Virus record (IMG/VR): IMGVR_UViG_3300031707_000003
Coordinates: 32,001 to 96,000 of that record
Reading direction: 5' to 3' (one strand)
Source of the DNA: a virus
DNA: 64,000 bases
Shown: one piece after another, positions 19,450 to 30,100 of the stretch
How the letters are laid out: every line of letters begins with the position of its first letter
Numbering within the stretch: the stretch's first letter is position 1
The notes under the pieces: generated by a model
Told to the model about the DNA's origin: nothing
The model's input: the letters and a program-made list of their open reading frames with translations, nothing else
The model's database searches: none
Program-made: the position numbers and the translations under genes

Positions 19450-22400
19450 ATGGCAACAGCGCCCCAAATTGCTCTTCGCGACGGTTCTGGGTTCACGACG
19501 AACCTCGTCTTCACGACGAACCAAGACTCCACCACCATTGTGGGGACGGTGGACGTCAACACGTCAGTCATCCAGGTGTCGATCAACGGGGCCGCCTTCG
19601 TTTCGGATCCAACGCTGGTCAGTTTCGCACTCCAGACCTTCACGGTCCCTAACTTGGCGTCGTTCCCCACGGGGCTGCTTTTGGAGGTGGGACTCAACAC
19701 CATCCAGCTCCGCACGATCGACATCGTAGGTGGTGTCTCGGCCATCTCGACGGTCGCGATCACAAGGGTACGGTCGATTGACAGCAGCGCAGCCCCCATT
19801 CCGACGGGCATCCGAGTCCATCGCCGCCGCAACTCCGTAGACTTGTTGGCAGGGAAGCCCCAGACGGCCACGCTCATTGTCCCGAGCGGTCAAAGTGGCA
19901 GCGGTAGCATCACCCCTTTCCAAACGGGCCTCCTTGTCACCGTAGACACCCCGACCCCCATTGGGTTCAATTTCTATGCTGCGACGGCACCGGCGGGCGG
20001 TTCCACGGGGTACTTCAAGCTCAACGCCAAGCCGATTCTAACTTCGACCGTCTTCGAGGAGGATGTTCTCGGGACGCTGGACGACTTCGCGGTCTGGGAC
20101 AACATCGATCACAACACAGTCCGCATCCGGGTAACTGAAGAGGATGGTTTCGGCAACGAGCTGGCCGTTCGACTCGACTCGTTCCACGACACCTCCACAT
20201 TAGCAGGACGGCTACGATTCCAGAGTACGACAGATAACTTCGTCCTCAACGAGTTCGTGACGTTCAACCACATCCGAACGGGAGCCCCCGGCACCCTCAA
20301 CTCCGATCAGTTCTCAAACGTCTCCAACAACGACCCCCTGTACTACGTGATCACGGGCGTTTACTTCGATCAGACCACCAACACAGAGATCGAGACCCCC
20401 TTCTCACAAGAAGTTTTGGGTACCCCGCTCGTTCTCGACACCTCGATTCGAGACCTACCTGGTCGCAACCAGACGCAGATCGTTACCGACTACATCAACT
20501 CGGTTCAGCGGGTCAACACCGAGATCAGCCTCATTCCTGGATCGACGACTCGGGATATCAACGTCGACCCGTTCGCCTCCGAGGCGGAGCGCATCTGGTT
20601 TCTCGTCGACTTCGTTCATCGCAGCCAGAGCTTCCTCACGCTCCTCGCGATCGACAATGTGAGCGGAAGCGGGATTTCGGATCCCGTGGCAAGCAGCGCC
20701 TACAAGCAAGCTCTCAAGGCCGCTGTTGGGTACACAAGCGACGACACAGTCCAGTCGCTCATCGATCAGCAGTTCGACAAGCTCGCAGCCAATGACAACG
20801 TGTCGAGGCTTGCGGGTCGTCCGTCGGTCGGACAGGTCGTCATCTACACGCCGACGAAGCCCACGACCGACCTCGTCATCCCAGCGGGCACCTTCGTTAC
20901 CTCCGATGCAGATGCTACAACGGGCATCCCTGCTCAGCGCTACCGCATCGGCGGCTCTTTCGTGCTTCCCGTCGTAGGTGCTGAGGCCTTCTTCAACTTC
21001 AACACGAAGCGTTACGAGATCACTGCCGATATCGTTGCGGAGAACATCGGTGGGGCTGGTAACAGACCTGCGGGGACCATCAACTCGATCCTCGGGGTCT
21101 CCGGGGTCTCGGCCGTTAACACGGAAGCAACAGTCTTCGGTGACGACCGTGAGTCCAACGCCGACCTTTCGTCGCGGGCCATCCTCGGTTTCGCCTCGGT
21201 CGACACGGGTACCGAAGGCGGCTACGCGGCCACCGCTGCGGCCGAACTAGGGGTCATTAAGGCCAAGATCGTCAAGAGCGGCGACTCGCTCATGATGCGT
21301 GACTACGACGATGTTCGTCACAAGCACATCGGTGGGAAAGTCGACATCTACATCCAGGGTCTTCGTGAGCGACAGGTCTCGGAGAAGTTCGCCTTCACGT
21401 TCGACATCGCTCGCGACATCCAGATCCAGATTATCGATCTGACGAACCTGATCTTCCGCGTTCTCGACTCACGTGTCACGGCACAGACGCCGATCATCGA
21501 GATCCTGAACAACCCGCTCCAGGGACTTGGCGTACACAATGTGACGTCTGGCCTCGACTACGATCTCACGGGCGTCATCATCGTCGACTACCAGACGTTC
21601 CAGATCAACACGTCGATCGCCCAGCCCCCCACGTTCATCGACGACATCATCAACGCCGATTACCGCTTCCGTGTCATCAACCAGTTCCTCTTCACGCTTC
21701 AGCCCGTTCGTCGCGTCATCTCCGTCGTTGGTGAGGTCGCGGGGCCGCTTGACCCCGCCAACAACTACCAGCTCTACAAGACCGACGACCCTCTCATCAC
21801 GGGAGAGAGCACCATCGCTCTCGACAACCTCTCGATCATCCAATTCGGGGGTAAGCCGAGCGGCGACACCATCACGATCAACGATGAACCCCACACCCTG
21901 ATCGGGTTCGTCCAAGAGCCTCTCGACTCGATCGGGATCAATACGGCTACGATCAAGGTCTTCAACGCACCGCGTACGATCCAGTACAATGGCCCTGGCT
22001 CCGCGTTGCCCGACTATGACGTCGTAGAGGGGACCCCCACGACTCCTGCGAAGATCGTGAGGACCTCGTCTTCGGCCATCGATAACGGTCTGGCGGTATC
22101 AGTTGACTACGTTCACGACGAGAACTTCACGGTCACGTACGTCATCAACGACCTGCTCCAAGCGCTCCAGCAGATCATCAACAACAAGCGTCACGTGACA
22201 GCCGACGTCTTGGTGAAGCAGGCCATCGAGAACCAGATCGACATCGAAACGACTGTCCAGCTCAACAAGGGTGCGACCAAGGACAAGACCGACCCCGCCG
22301 TGCGGTCGAACGTCTCTTTGGAGCTGAACAAGAAAGTGATTGGACAGGGGATCGCCCAATCGGACGTCATCCACGCCATCGACGCGACTCCAGGTGTCGA

Positions 22401-22950
22401 CTTCCAGGTCGTCCCCTTCGCACGGATGGCTTATGCGGACGGCTCCAGGAAGCTACGTGAGGCGGTCCTCTCGACCTTCGTTCGTGTGGGCTCGCTCGAC
22501 ATCGGAGGCAACCGCGTCTTCCTTCTGACGAACCCTCTCCAGAACCCCACAATCGACGGTGGTGGCCTCATCACCGAGCACAAGGGAGTCTTTCAGGACG
22601 ACGTGTCTCTCACCCTCTCCAGCGCTCTCACGAACGTTGGGCAGAACCCCAAGCAGGCCTACATCATCGGGTACACGGGTGCGGTGATTGCGGGTTACTC
22701 CGATGACGCCACACTTCTTGCAGCGGGCTTCTTGCCGGATCAACTTGCGGCTGAACGCCTACGACGCACGGCCAACCACGTAGCCATCGCTCTCTCTGGG
22801 GCTGGGCTGCCGCCGGACGACCCGTCGAACCACGCCTACCAGGCGAGCTACATCATCAACAAGGACTCCCGGTCCCATGACATCGTAGCGGCCGACGTCG
22901 AGTTTATCGACTTGGGCAACTTTACGATCACCTATCGGGAAGCGACCTGA
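19450..22950 (+). CDS. Baseplate wedge protein J (gpJ/gp6-like)
   Basis: Motifs 'FDKLAAN..VSR', 'VIPAGTFV', 'AENIGGAGNRPAGTIN', 'N..AT..GDDRESNADL..R', 'GT..GY' and 'GKVDIYI'. Confidence 0.85.
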   Translation: MATAPQIALRDGSGFTTNLVFTTNQDSTTIVGTVDVNTSVIQVSINGAAFVSDPTLVSFALQTFTVPNLASFPTGLLLEVGLNTIQLRTIDIVGGVSAISTVAITRVRSIDSSAAPIPTGIRVHRRRNSVDLLAGKPQTATLIVPSGQSGSGSITPFQTGLLVTVDTPTPIGFNFYAATAPAGGSTGYFKLNAKPILTSTVFEEDVLGTLDDFAVWDNIDHNTVRIRVTEEDGFGNELAVRLDSFHDTSTLAGRLRFQSTTDNFVLNEFVTFNHIRTGAPGTLNSDQFSNVSNNDPLYYVITGVYFDQTTNTEIETPFSQEVLGTPLVLDTSIRDLPGRNQTQIVTDYINSVQRVNTEISLIPGSTTRDINVDPFASEAERIWFLVDFVHRSQSFLTLLAIDNVSGSGISDPVASSAYKQALKAAVGYTSDDTVQSLIDQQFDKLAANDNVSRLAGRPSVGQVVIYTPTKPTTDLVIPAGTFVTSDADATTGIPAQRYRIGGSFVLPVVGAEAFFNFNTKRYEITADIVAENIGGAGNRPAGTINSILGVSGVSAVNTEATVFGDDRESNADLSSRAILGFASVDTGTEGGYAATAAAELGVIKAKIVKSGDSLMMRDYDDVRHKHIGGKVDIYIQGLRERQVSEKFAFTFDIARDIQIQIIDLTNLIFRVLDSRVTAQTPIIEILNNPLQGLGVHNVTSGLDYDLTGVIIVDYQTFQINTSIAQPPTFIDDIINADYRFRVINQFLFTLQPVRRVISVVGEVAGPLDPANNYQLYKTDDPLITGESTIALDNLSIIQFGGKPSGDTITINDEPHTLIGFVQEPLDSIGINTATIKVFNAPRTIQYNGPGSALPDYDVVEGTPTTPAKIVRTSSSAIDNGLAVSVDYVHDENFTVTYVINDLLQALQQIINNKRHVTADVLVKQAIENQIDIETTVQLNKGATKDKTDPAVRSNVSLELNKKVIGQGIAQSDVIHAIDATPGVDFQVVPFARMAYADGSRKLREAVLSTFVRVGSLDIGGNRVFLLTNPLQNPTIDGGGLITEHKGVFQDDVSLTLSSALTNVGQNPKQAYIIGYTGAVIAGYSDDATLLAAGFLPDQLAAERLRRTANHVAIALSGAGLPPDDPSNHAYQASYIINKDSRSHDIVAADVEFIDLGNFTITYREAT

Positions 22951-23168
22951 TGGACCTCGCCAAGTTGACCCACGAAGAGAGGATGCGGCTCGCGGCGAGC
23001 ATGGTGCAGCCCATCCGATGTGGCGGCACCGAGTACATCGACGGGAAGCTGTATTATCGACTCCAGGGCTGGCTCGTGCCCAGCGATGTAGTGGAGCAAG
23101 GGTGGCCTGCCATCAAAGCCTACCAAAGCACGCATGCACCCTATGTTCTTCGCCGTAGGGGGGTCTGA
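22950..23168 (+). CDS. Small hypothetical protein
   Basis: 72 aa, TGATG-coupled on both sides. Confidence 0.55.
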   Translation: MDLAKLTHEERMRLAASMVQPIRCGGTEYIDGKLYYRLQGWLVPSDVVEQGWPAIKAYQSTHAPYVLRRRGV

Positions 23169-23983
23169 TGGCACGGTTTCAACCGGATACGAACCGGCTA
23201 AATCACACGATCGACCAGAAGGGCAAGGAATACAACCTCCGGCTCCTTCAACGGGCGCAGACCATCTTCACCACGCTCCTGAACTTGCTCCCGTCGAACT
23301 ACATCTCGGCGATCCAAGGTCCCAACTACACGAACGAACTGAAGGCTGTCGCGGTTGAATTGGCCCGCATTGAGCTGTCGCTTGAGGACATCAACACGGA
23401 TCGGGACTTCACCACAACCCGCTCGGACTTCCTGTACTCGATCGTTGGGTACCTCATGCTCGTCAACGGGCGGCTCCCTCCGTTGGAGTTCAATGACTCA
23501 GAATTCCGGGACTTCCTGCTCAATCTCCTTCGAATCTACTTCCAGGGCTCGATCCCAAAGTCGATGGCGGACGTGGTCAAGCTCTTCTTGACCGGTGACA
23601 TCAGGGTCACCGAAGACTTCCTCCTCGTTCGCAAGGGGGCGTCGGGTCTCGATATTTCGGACCAGTTCGTCTTCGACATCGACGTTGTGGCGCCCCCAGG
23701 TGGCGGGTTCCCTCCGAATGTCTTTGGAGCTGACTCGGCGATCCGCATGGTGCTCGACTTGACCCGGCCTGCGCACACCCTTTTCCGGATCCGCTACATT
23801 TTCAACGACCAGTACATCCCGAACGACACCCTCGGGAAAATCCTCGACGCCATGCGGTGGAACATGGGCGCGTACTATTACGACGACTTTCGGGCGTATT
23901 GGCAGGGAATCCGGAACCGGGACCGCCTTGGCCGTAAGGTGAACCAGAACGTCGGGGACGAAGACCACTCAGACGACTTCTGA
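23168..23983 (+). CDS. Baseplate wedge protein (gpI-like)
   Basis: Pattern 'LLNLLPSNY...DSEFRDFL...QGS...LDLTRPAHT' typical of gpI-like proteins; follows gpJ. Confidence 0.7.
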   Translation: MARFQPDTNRLNHTIDQKGKEYNLRLLQRAQTIFTTLLNLLPSNYISAIQGPNYTNELKAVAVELARIELSLEDINTDRDFTTTRSDFLYSIVGYLMLVNGRLPPLEFNDSEFRDFLLNLLRIYFQGSIPKSMADVVKLFLTGDIRVTEDFLLVRKGASGLDISDQFVFDIDVVAPPGGGFPPNVFGADSAIRMVLDLTRPAHTLFRIRYIFNDQYIPNDTLGKILDAMRWNMGAYYYDDFRAYWQGIRNRDRLGRKVNQNVGDEDHSDDF

Positions 23984-24018
23984 ATCCTTTCATGCGTCCT
24001 CGGAAGAGGAGGGTCTGC

Positions 24019-24537
24019 ATGCACATCCTGGAGACGGTTCCCAACGTCCGCGCTAAGGTTCGGATCCGCCAAGAGCGCCCTTACGAGTACGACGAGGCTC
24101 GGGGCCTCTGGTTGTACCGCCACGTGGACGAGGATGAGGAGGTTTTCAACATCCTCACGAACACGGGCCGGGTCCAACTCCACAACTTCGCCTACGGCAC
24201 CGTCGCTCGTGCGAACGGTTTCAACTACATCGGTCTGTCGAACGACGCGACGCCACCTGCTGCTGCGGACGCCTCTCTTCTGGCGGAGCTGACCAGCAAC
24301 GGGCTCGGTCGGGCTCAGGGTACAGTGACACTACCCACGGGCGCGGGAAATCAGACGAGCATCCTGCACTTGTTCACGTACACGGGCGGAGCACCCCAGG
24401 GCGTTCAGAAGTGCGCCCTTTTCGACTCGGCAGGTCCGCCGATCAGCGGCGTCATCAATCACGAGGTCCAGTTCGTCCAGAGAACCCTCCTCCTGAACGA
24501 CACGCTCACGGTTTCGTACACGATTACGCTGGGCTAG
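24019..24537 (+). CDS. Tail-collar/fibre N-terminal-like protein (paralog 1)
   Basis: Start moved to ATG 24019 after the GAGGAGGG RBS. Pattern 'NILTNTGR...IGLSND..PAAAD..L..E...ALFD...DTLTVSYTI' resembles tail-collar fibre domains. Confidence 0.6.
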   Translation: MHILETVPNVRAKVRIRQERPYEYDEARGLWLYRHVDEDEEVFNILTNTGRVQLHNFAYGTVARANGFNYIGLSNDATPPAAADASLLAELTSNGLGRAQGTVTLPTGAGNQTSILHLFTYTGGAPQGVQKCALFDSAGPPISGVINHEVQFVQRTLLLNDTLTVSYTITLG

Positions 24538-24564
24538 ACCTAGGCACTGTTCAGTAGGCTCGAA

Positions 24565-24578
24565 CTTCCTTCTATGCG
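24565..24578 (+). promoter_or_regulatory. Putative late promoter motif (Y-tract-TAT[C/G])
   Basis: CTTCCTTCTATGCG in an intergenic gap; similar motifs recur in other structural-gene gaps. Confidence 0.4.
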
Positions 24579-24590
24579 CGGGGTTAGTCG

Positions 24591-25775
24591 ATGCCTGCTG
24601 CCTCCATCCAGTTCAGCCAAGGGATTCTGACGCCGGCCGCAGGGCAATCGGCGCTCGGGTTCGCGGCGAACGCTCTGGTCACGATGACCGATGCGGCAGG
24701 TCCGGGAGCGACCTCATGGTCGTGGCAGATCGTCGGCATCCCTGGGCCTCTGAGCGGGGCCCCTACGGTTAACAACCCCGCTACACAGACGGCAACCACG
24801 ACACCGACGCTCGATGGGGTCTACGTCGTCAAGCTGACGCGGACTGACCCTGGCCCGGTTGTGACGACCGATGTGCGCTTCTTCGCCATTGGGGACACCG
24901 ACTACGGGTTCGTGTTGCCTAGCGCGGGCATGACCGGGAACATGACCAACGTGCTTGGCTCAGCCGTCGCTCAGGCGGGCGGTTGGGAAGGCCGGCAGGA
25001 CGGTGGCACCAACGTCTTCGTCGATGCCATCCTCCGGTTCTTGAGGTCCCGTGCAGGGCGCTTCCTCGGGCTCCTTCAGACGATCAGCTTTGCCAGTGCT
25101 TCTCCGAGCACGGTGACCGTGACCGACGCGGTGGACAAGCCGTGGCGAACGCTCAATCTGACGGGCACAGGACTCTACACGGAGCAGATCGACAAGACGG
25201 GCTCCATCCCTACGGGCAAGCGTTTCCTCTACAAGATCAGCCTCACGGCGGGTTCGGGCGGGTTCGCGCTCCTCAATGGAATCGCGGGTTCGAGCATCAT
25301 GGCCCTCGTCGCTCCACCGAACGGAACGTTCACCTACAATGTCGAGGTAGGGTTCGACGGAACGAACTGGGTGGTCCAGAGGATTTCAGTGGCGGACCCT
25401 CTTGCTGTCCTGAAAACACGGGAGATCCCAGCCGTTTCAGGGCTTCAGTCGACGAGTCAGATCGTGGCGACACGCATCGGATCCTTCCGGCTCGATCCGT
25501 CGAAGTACCCTGTGAACGCCCAAGTCACTTTTCAGGTCGCGGTGGAGACAACCGGGCCCCAAGTGACTGCCCAACTCTTCAACCTCACGGACAGCGTCAT
25601 CGTTTCAGGTTCCGTCTTGGTGTCCGTGTCAACGCTTCCGGCATTCCTCACTTCGGGTGCACTGACGTTGCCACCAGGGCAAAAAGACTACGAGGTCCAG
25701 CTCTTCATGGCCAGCGGGGCGCCCACGGATCATGTCGAGTGTACAAGTGCGAAGGTGATTCTCACGTGGGGTTGA
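24591..25775 (+). CDS. Structural protein with an N-terminal PKD/Ig-like domain
   Basis: PKD-like 'SWSWQIV...P..DGVYVVKLT'; beta-rich composition. Confidence 0.6.
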   Translation: MPAASIQFSQGILTPAAGQSALGFAANALVTMTDAAGPGATSWSWQIVGIPGPLSGAPTVNNPATQTATTTPTLDGVYVVKLTRTDPGPVVTTDVRFFAIGDTDYGFVLPSAGMTGNMTNVLGSAVAQAGGWEGRQDGGTNVFVDAILRFLRSRAGRFLGLLQTISFASASPSTVTVTDAVDKPWRTLNLTGTGLYTEQIDKTGSIPTGKRFLYKISLTAGSGGFALLNGIAGSSIMALVAPPNGTFTYNVEVGFDGTNWVVQRISVADPLAVLKTREIPAVSGLQSTSQIVATRIGSFRLDPSKYPVNAQVTFQVAVETTGPQVTAQLFNLTDSVIVSGSVLVSVSTLPAFLTSGALTLPPGQKDYEVQLFMASGAPTDHVECTSAKVILTWG

Positions 25776-25807
25776 CATAGTTCCCTACGCCTAAAAGGAA
25801 GAAATAG

Positions 25808-26797
25808 ATGGCGTTCACATTTGACACCAACAGCATTCCGGCAACCGGCGCAGTATGCCTCTTCAAGCTGCGCACGGCTCTCGTGACGGCGGGCTGGACG
25901 CAGGTGGACAGCGGCGACGGTCTTGCCCTTCACAGTGCAGGGGCGGTCACGAGCGGCGCATCCGGTGCAAGCGGGCTGGGCAACAGTACCGCCTGGTTCG
26001 TCGTCCGCGACCCAAACAGTGTTCGCTCATTCTGCTGGCAGCGAGGCTCCACCAACCTCGTCTGGCGGACGAAGTATTCTGCTAGCGCGGGGTTCACGGG
26101 AGGCTCTCCGACCGCGACGCAGGTTCCGAGCGCCACAGACGAGGTCGTGCTCAACGGAGGCGGCACCGACGCGGCGCCGACGTTCCAGACCCTCTTCGGA
26201 ACGGACGGGACCCTTCGCTTCAACTGTGTCGCCGGAGACACGACCGTGGGCTACGCGTTCTACTGGGACGCCTTCACCTCGGGGCTTCCGAGCGGGACGC
26301 ACTACGGGATGCACCTGGAGGTCATGGCCGCAGGCTCCTTCCCGGCCGCCGACACAGACCCGGCCGTCGTCTACCTGGTCGCCCAGGGGAACGGAGGCGC
26401 TGGTACCACCGCGCCCTGGGGCTTCGACCTCATCCTGAACGAGTATGCCCGCGCGTTCCTGAGCAACACCCATACGACTGGGAACTGGGTGCAGGTCGTG
26501 GCCATGCCGTACATGGACAGGAGCCTCAACGCGTACAAGATCCCCGCCATCTCGGCGGGCGACGGGGTCGCCCCGAACCCGTTCTCGGCAAAGGATGACG
26601 GGTTCCCCATCCCCTGGGCTCGTACGGTCGGGAAGTCCGCGCCGATCGGGTGGAAGGGCTTTGGCAGCTTCCTCAGGTGGTCAGGCACGAACCGCACCAA
26701 CTACGACACGATCAGCAACACGGGAGTGAACTCCCGCGACAAAATCTGGATGAACGGCGTGCTTCTTCCGTGGGACGGCAGCGTCCCGCTGACCTGA
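25808..26797 (+). CDS. Putative tail/fibre-associated structural protein
   Basis: 329 aa, G/T/W-rich beta protein; purine-rich RBS AAAAGGAAG upstream; within the structural operon. Confidence 0.6.
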   Translation: MAFTFDTNSIPATGAVCLFKLRTALVTAGWTQVDSGDGLALHSAGAVTSGASGASGLGNSTAWFVVRDPNSVRSFCWQRGSTNLVWRTKYSASAGFTGGSPTATQVPSATDEVVLNGGGTDAAPTFQTLFGTDGTLRFNCVAGDTTVGYAFYWDAFTSGLPSGTHYGMHLEVMAAGSFPAADTDPAVVYLVAQGNGGAGTTAPWGFDLILNEYARAFLSNTHTTGNWVQVVAMPYMDRSLNAYKIPAISAGDGVAPNPFSAKDDGFPIPWARTVGKSAPIGWKGFGSFLRWSGTNRTNYDTISNTGVNSRDKIWMNGVLLPWDGSVPLT

Positions 26798-26805
26798 GCT
26801 AACCC

Positions 26806-27129
26806 ATGGCTGACTTCGACGGAGAACTGCTTACCGCCCCCAATCTCCTTGAGGGGAACCAGGATGTCGACGGCGATCTGCGCACAGCTCCGAGCCTCAT
26901 TGAAGGTAACCAAGATACCGGTGGGGAGATATTCTCATCAGGCGGGGGTGCTCCTGTTCTCCACTTCAAGCTCAGGGCGCGTGATTCCGCGTGCATCATC
27001 ACCAACCCCAACAGGTACGTCGAGTGGACGACCACCTCGACCCCGCTCACAGTGGCTAGCTACATAGGGGCACTTCCGTGTGGAGGACCGCTGGTCGAGC
27101 TGACTGTCTTGAGCATCCTCACGTCCTGA
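26806..27129 (+). CDS. Small protein with an N-terminal 17-aa tandem repeat
   Basis: DFDGELLTAPNLLEGNQ / DVDGDLRTAPSLIEGNQ / DTGGE. Confidence 0.6.
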   Translation: MADFDGELLTAPNLLEGNQDVDGDLRTAPSLIEGNQDTGGEIFSSGGGAPVLHFKLRARDSACIITNPNRYVEWTTTSTPLTVASYIGALPCGGPLVELTVLSILTS

Positions 27130-27144
27130 GCACCTAAGCGTGAG

Positions 27145-27154
27145 TTTTCCTATC
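27145..27154 (+). promoter_or_regulatory. Putative late promoter motif
   Basis: TTTTCCTATC upstream of 27179. Confidence 0.4.
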
Positions 27155-27178
27155 AGATGCAGATGAGGAACAGAGCGG

Positions 27179-30100
27179 ATGGCGGTCATTATTCGAGGCG
27201 GTACTTACGGCACTGGAACGTACGGAACAACTCCGTTCGGTTCTCGCGCGTTTGACAGCCCCGGCCCTACCCTCGTTTCGAGCATCCCGGTCAACGGGGC
27301 TGGTGCCGTTGTGGTCGGGGCCCCGATCACGATCAACATCACTTCACCTGTCGAACTGGATCCCTGGTCCCTTTCCGTCACGGTACAGGGTCAGCAGGCT
27401 GTCGTAGGCGGTGACTTCGTTCCAGGGGGGGCCTTCGACGGCACGATCATCTTCGACGGCCCCGACCTACAAATTCTGATTGCCACGCATCCTGCCTTCC
27501 TGACAGGGGCGGTCGCCGTGGACACGCAGGTCACGGACCTCGCTGGAATTACGAACACGCTGTCGTTCGTGTTCATGACCTCGTTCTTCGAGACCGTGGC
27601 CGTCTCCGAAATCGTGGCCGTCACACACGCAACGGCAGTTGCACTCAACGAGTCTGTCCCGGTTTTGGAGGGACTAGCCGTTAGCCTCGGGACAGCCGTT
27701 AGCCTTGCTGAGACCGTGCCGCTCACCGAGGTCGTCTCGGCAGGCACACTGATCATCGTTTCGTCCGAAGACACTCTCTCCGTTACCCTTCCCCTCGAAG
27801 TCTTGGTGGACGGGGTTGTCGACTTCTCTAATTACACGATCGCCCCCCTTCTCGCTTCGGATGACCCACCTGGCAATAGCGCTTTCCCTGTTTCTATCCG
27901 GGAGATCACCCCCCTTCAGGCATTCGAACAGTCGGGGAGTGCTGCGACTGTCAATTCGTCGTTCGTTCTCACAATCGCCGATGGCACCTTCCTCCCTGGC
28001 AACGTCGGCGACTACCTCTTCTTGAGCAGCCCGCTCAACACGACGCCTTTCTTGCAGATCACTGCCATCTTGGGTCCCACTCAAGTCCAGGTCAACAAGC
28101 CGCTCATCATTACGGATCCCCAAAATGGCAGCATCCCCTGGACCTTGAAGTCCAGCGTGCAGGGGATGCTCGTCAAGATCACCAAGCCAACGAACGGCGG
28201 TATCTATCGGTTCGCGGTTCGCAATCTCCGCTTGGCGCACCAATCGAACGCGATCTTCAACATCCGGGACTTCTTCGTCGCAGTTTCGTCGAAGCCTCAA
28301 GTTGAAGGTGTTGTGGTCCAAGATGACGGCCAGATCACCGTCCACTTCTCGGATTTGATGCTCTCCGACGGTGCGCTGACGGACCCACGCGAGTACTCGA
28401 TCACGGGTCCCACCACGGTGCAGATCGTATCGGCAGCATCATCCGGGGTCAGTCCCGACGGAACCACCGAAATCCTTCTGACGACAACCGGCCTTGGGCC
28501 AGGGTCCTACCAGCTCACCGTGAATGCTACGGGTACCCCGCACGACGCTGCGGGCAACCCGATCGACCCCACGTTCAATCAGACCGTGTTCCTGGGCGCC
28601 TCCCCCATCTCTTCGCGCAGCATCTACACGGATAAGGGGCCCATCGTCAAACCCCCTCTCATCTTGCTGTCCGGGGCGACCGCGACCATCAACGACGCCA
28701 TCACCGTCACGTTGCCAACCGCATCCCTTACCGGGACCATGGTGGGGCTTCAGCTCGTGCTCACGGGCTCTTCGACGAACGGTGGGACCTTCCTCATCAA
28801 AGCCGTTCTTTCCCCGACCAAGGCTAGGGTCATCGCCAGCTTCCACCTGCCGGATCCCTCCAACGGGACCATCAGTTGGAAGGTTGTGGCCCCACGCGAC
28901 GGGGAGATTGCGGACGACCCTACCGATGTCGTTGTGCGTATCAACGGTGTTCCAGTGGCCGCCCAGGCCGTCGCAGGCCTCCTCGGTCAGATCGTCATGT
29001 CGACGCCGCCGGTCCACGGGTCCGAGGTCAGAGTCGATTACAACTGGGTCTGCAATCCGGTCGTTGACTTCCGGCGGATGAACTCGAAGGAGTTTCGGTT
29101 CAACAACTGGAACCGGGACAACGGGAGACCGAACGACACAAGCCGACACAAGTATCGGTTCAACAACACGCTCGTCAAACCGAGTTCGTTCGTCCCGCTC
29201 GACATGCGGGCTCTCCTTGACCAGCCTCTCCTCCGCGACCTGAAGTACAGGGCCTATGAGCGGGCGTACACGCCGACCCTCAACGACCCCAATCTTCTGC
29301 TCTTCAACTCCCCCACCAACCACATCGCCTTCCCTCCTCTATCTCGTCCGACCGACGCCGTTTTCATCAACTACCAGGCGACGGTCCTACCTGAACTCGA
29401 ACCCACGAACCCTTGGGTTCGCTATGGAACAGGTTCGGCAACGATCAACATCGACGAACTGATCGTCCAAGACACGTCCACGGGGCCATTCCCTACTGGC
29501 AACCCGATCTTCTGGACACGGCCGATCGACCTCACCTTCCCGCATGTCTTCGCTGCCGCATGGCGTATGACGCTCAACGCGGCTCCGCTCACCGAAGGGG
29601 TCTTTACGGGAGTCGCTGCGGGCTACTCGACCGATCAGAAGGCTATCGTTGTAGGTTACATTGTCGATGCTGGGGTCAAGAAGATCGGCTTCCTAAAGGC
29701 CGGCTCCGGTAATGATCCGAGCACCTTGGCGGCCTGGGGTGGTGGTCTGGATGGCTTGGGGAATCCGACGGGACTCCCTGCGGCCCTCGATTGGTCGACG
29801 CTCCATAGCTACCGCATTTCCCGAGATAGGGATGGCAACGTTAGGGTCTTCCTCGACGGGAGTGTTGTCGAGATTCTTCGCATGACCGAAGCGGAGCTTC
29901 CCTTCCTAGCGGAGCTGAATGATCCGTTCAATGCGTTGGAGGGAGTCTTCTTCGGATCTCTCTCTCGTCCTGCGACGAGTACGTCGACGTGGAACTTCAT
30001 GCGGTACGCGATCCTACCGCTGAACCCCTTCCAGTCTTCGCCATCTGTCTTCGTGTCGTACGAGGGGACCACTCCCCCTGAAGTCGCTTCGGACCCGTGG

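Noticed and set aside
24538-24564. Possible hairpin/terminator after the first collar-like gene
   Set aside because: The stem is short and imperfect with no U-tract; I could not support any intrinsic terminator in the window.
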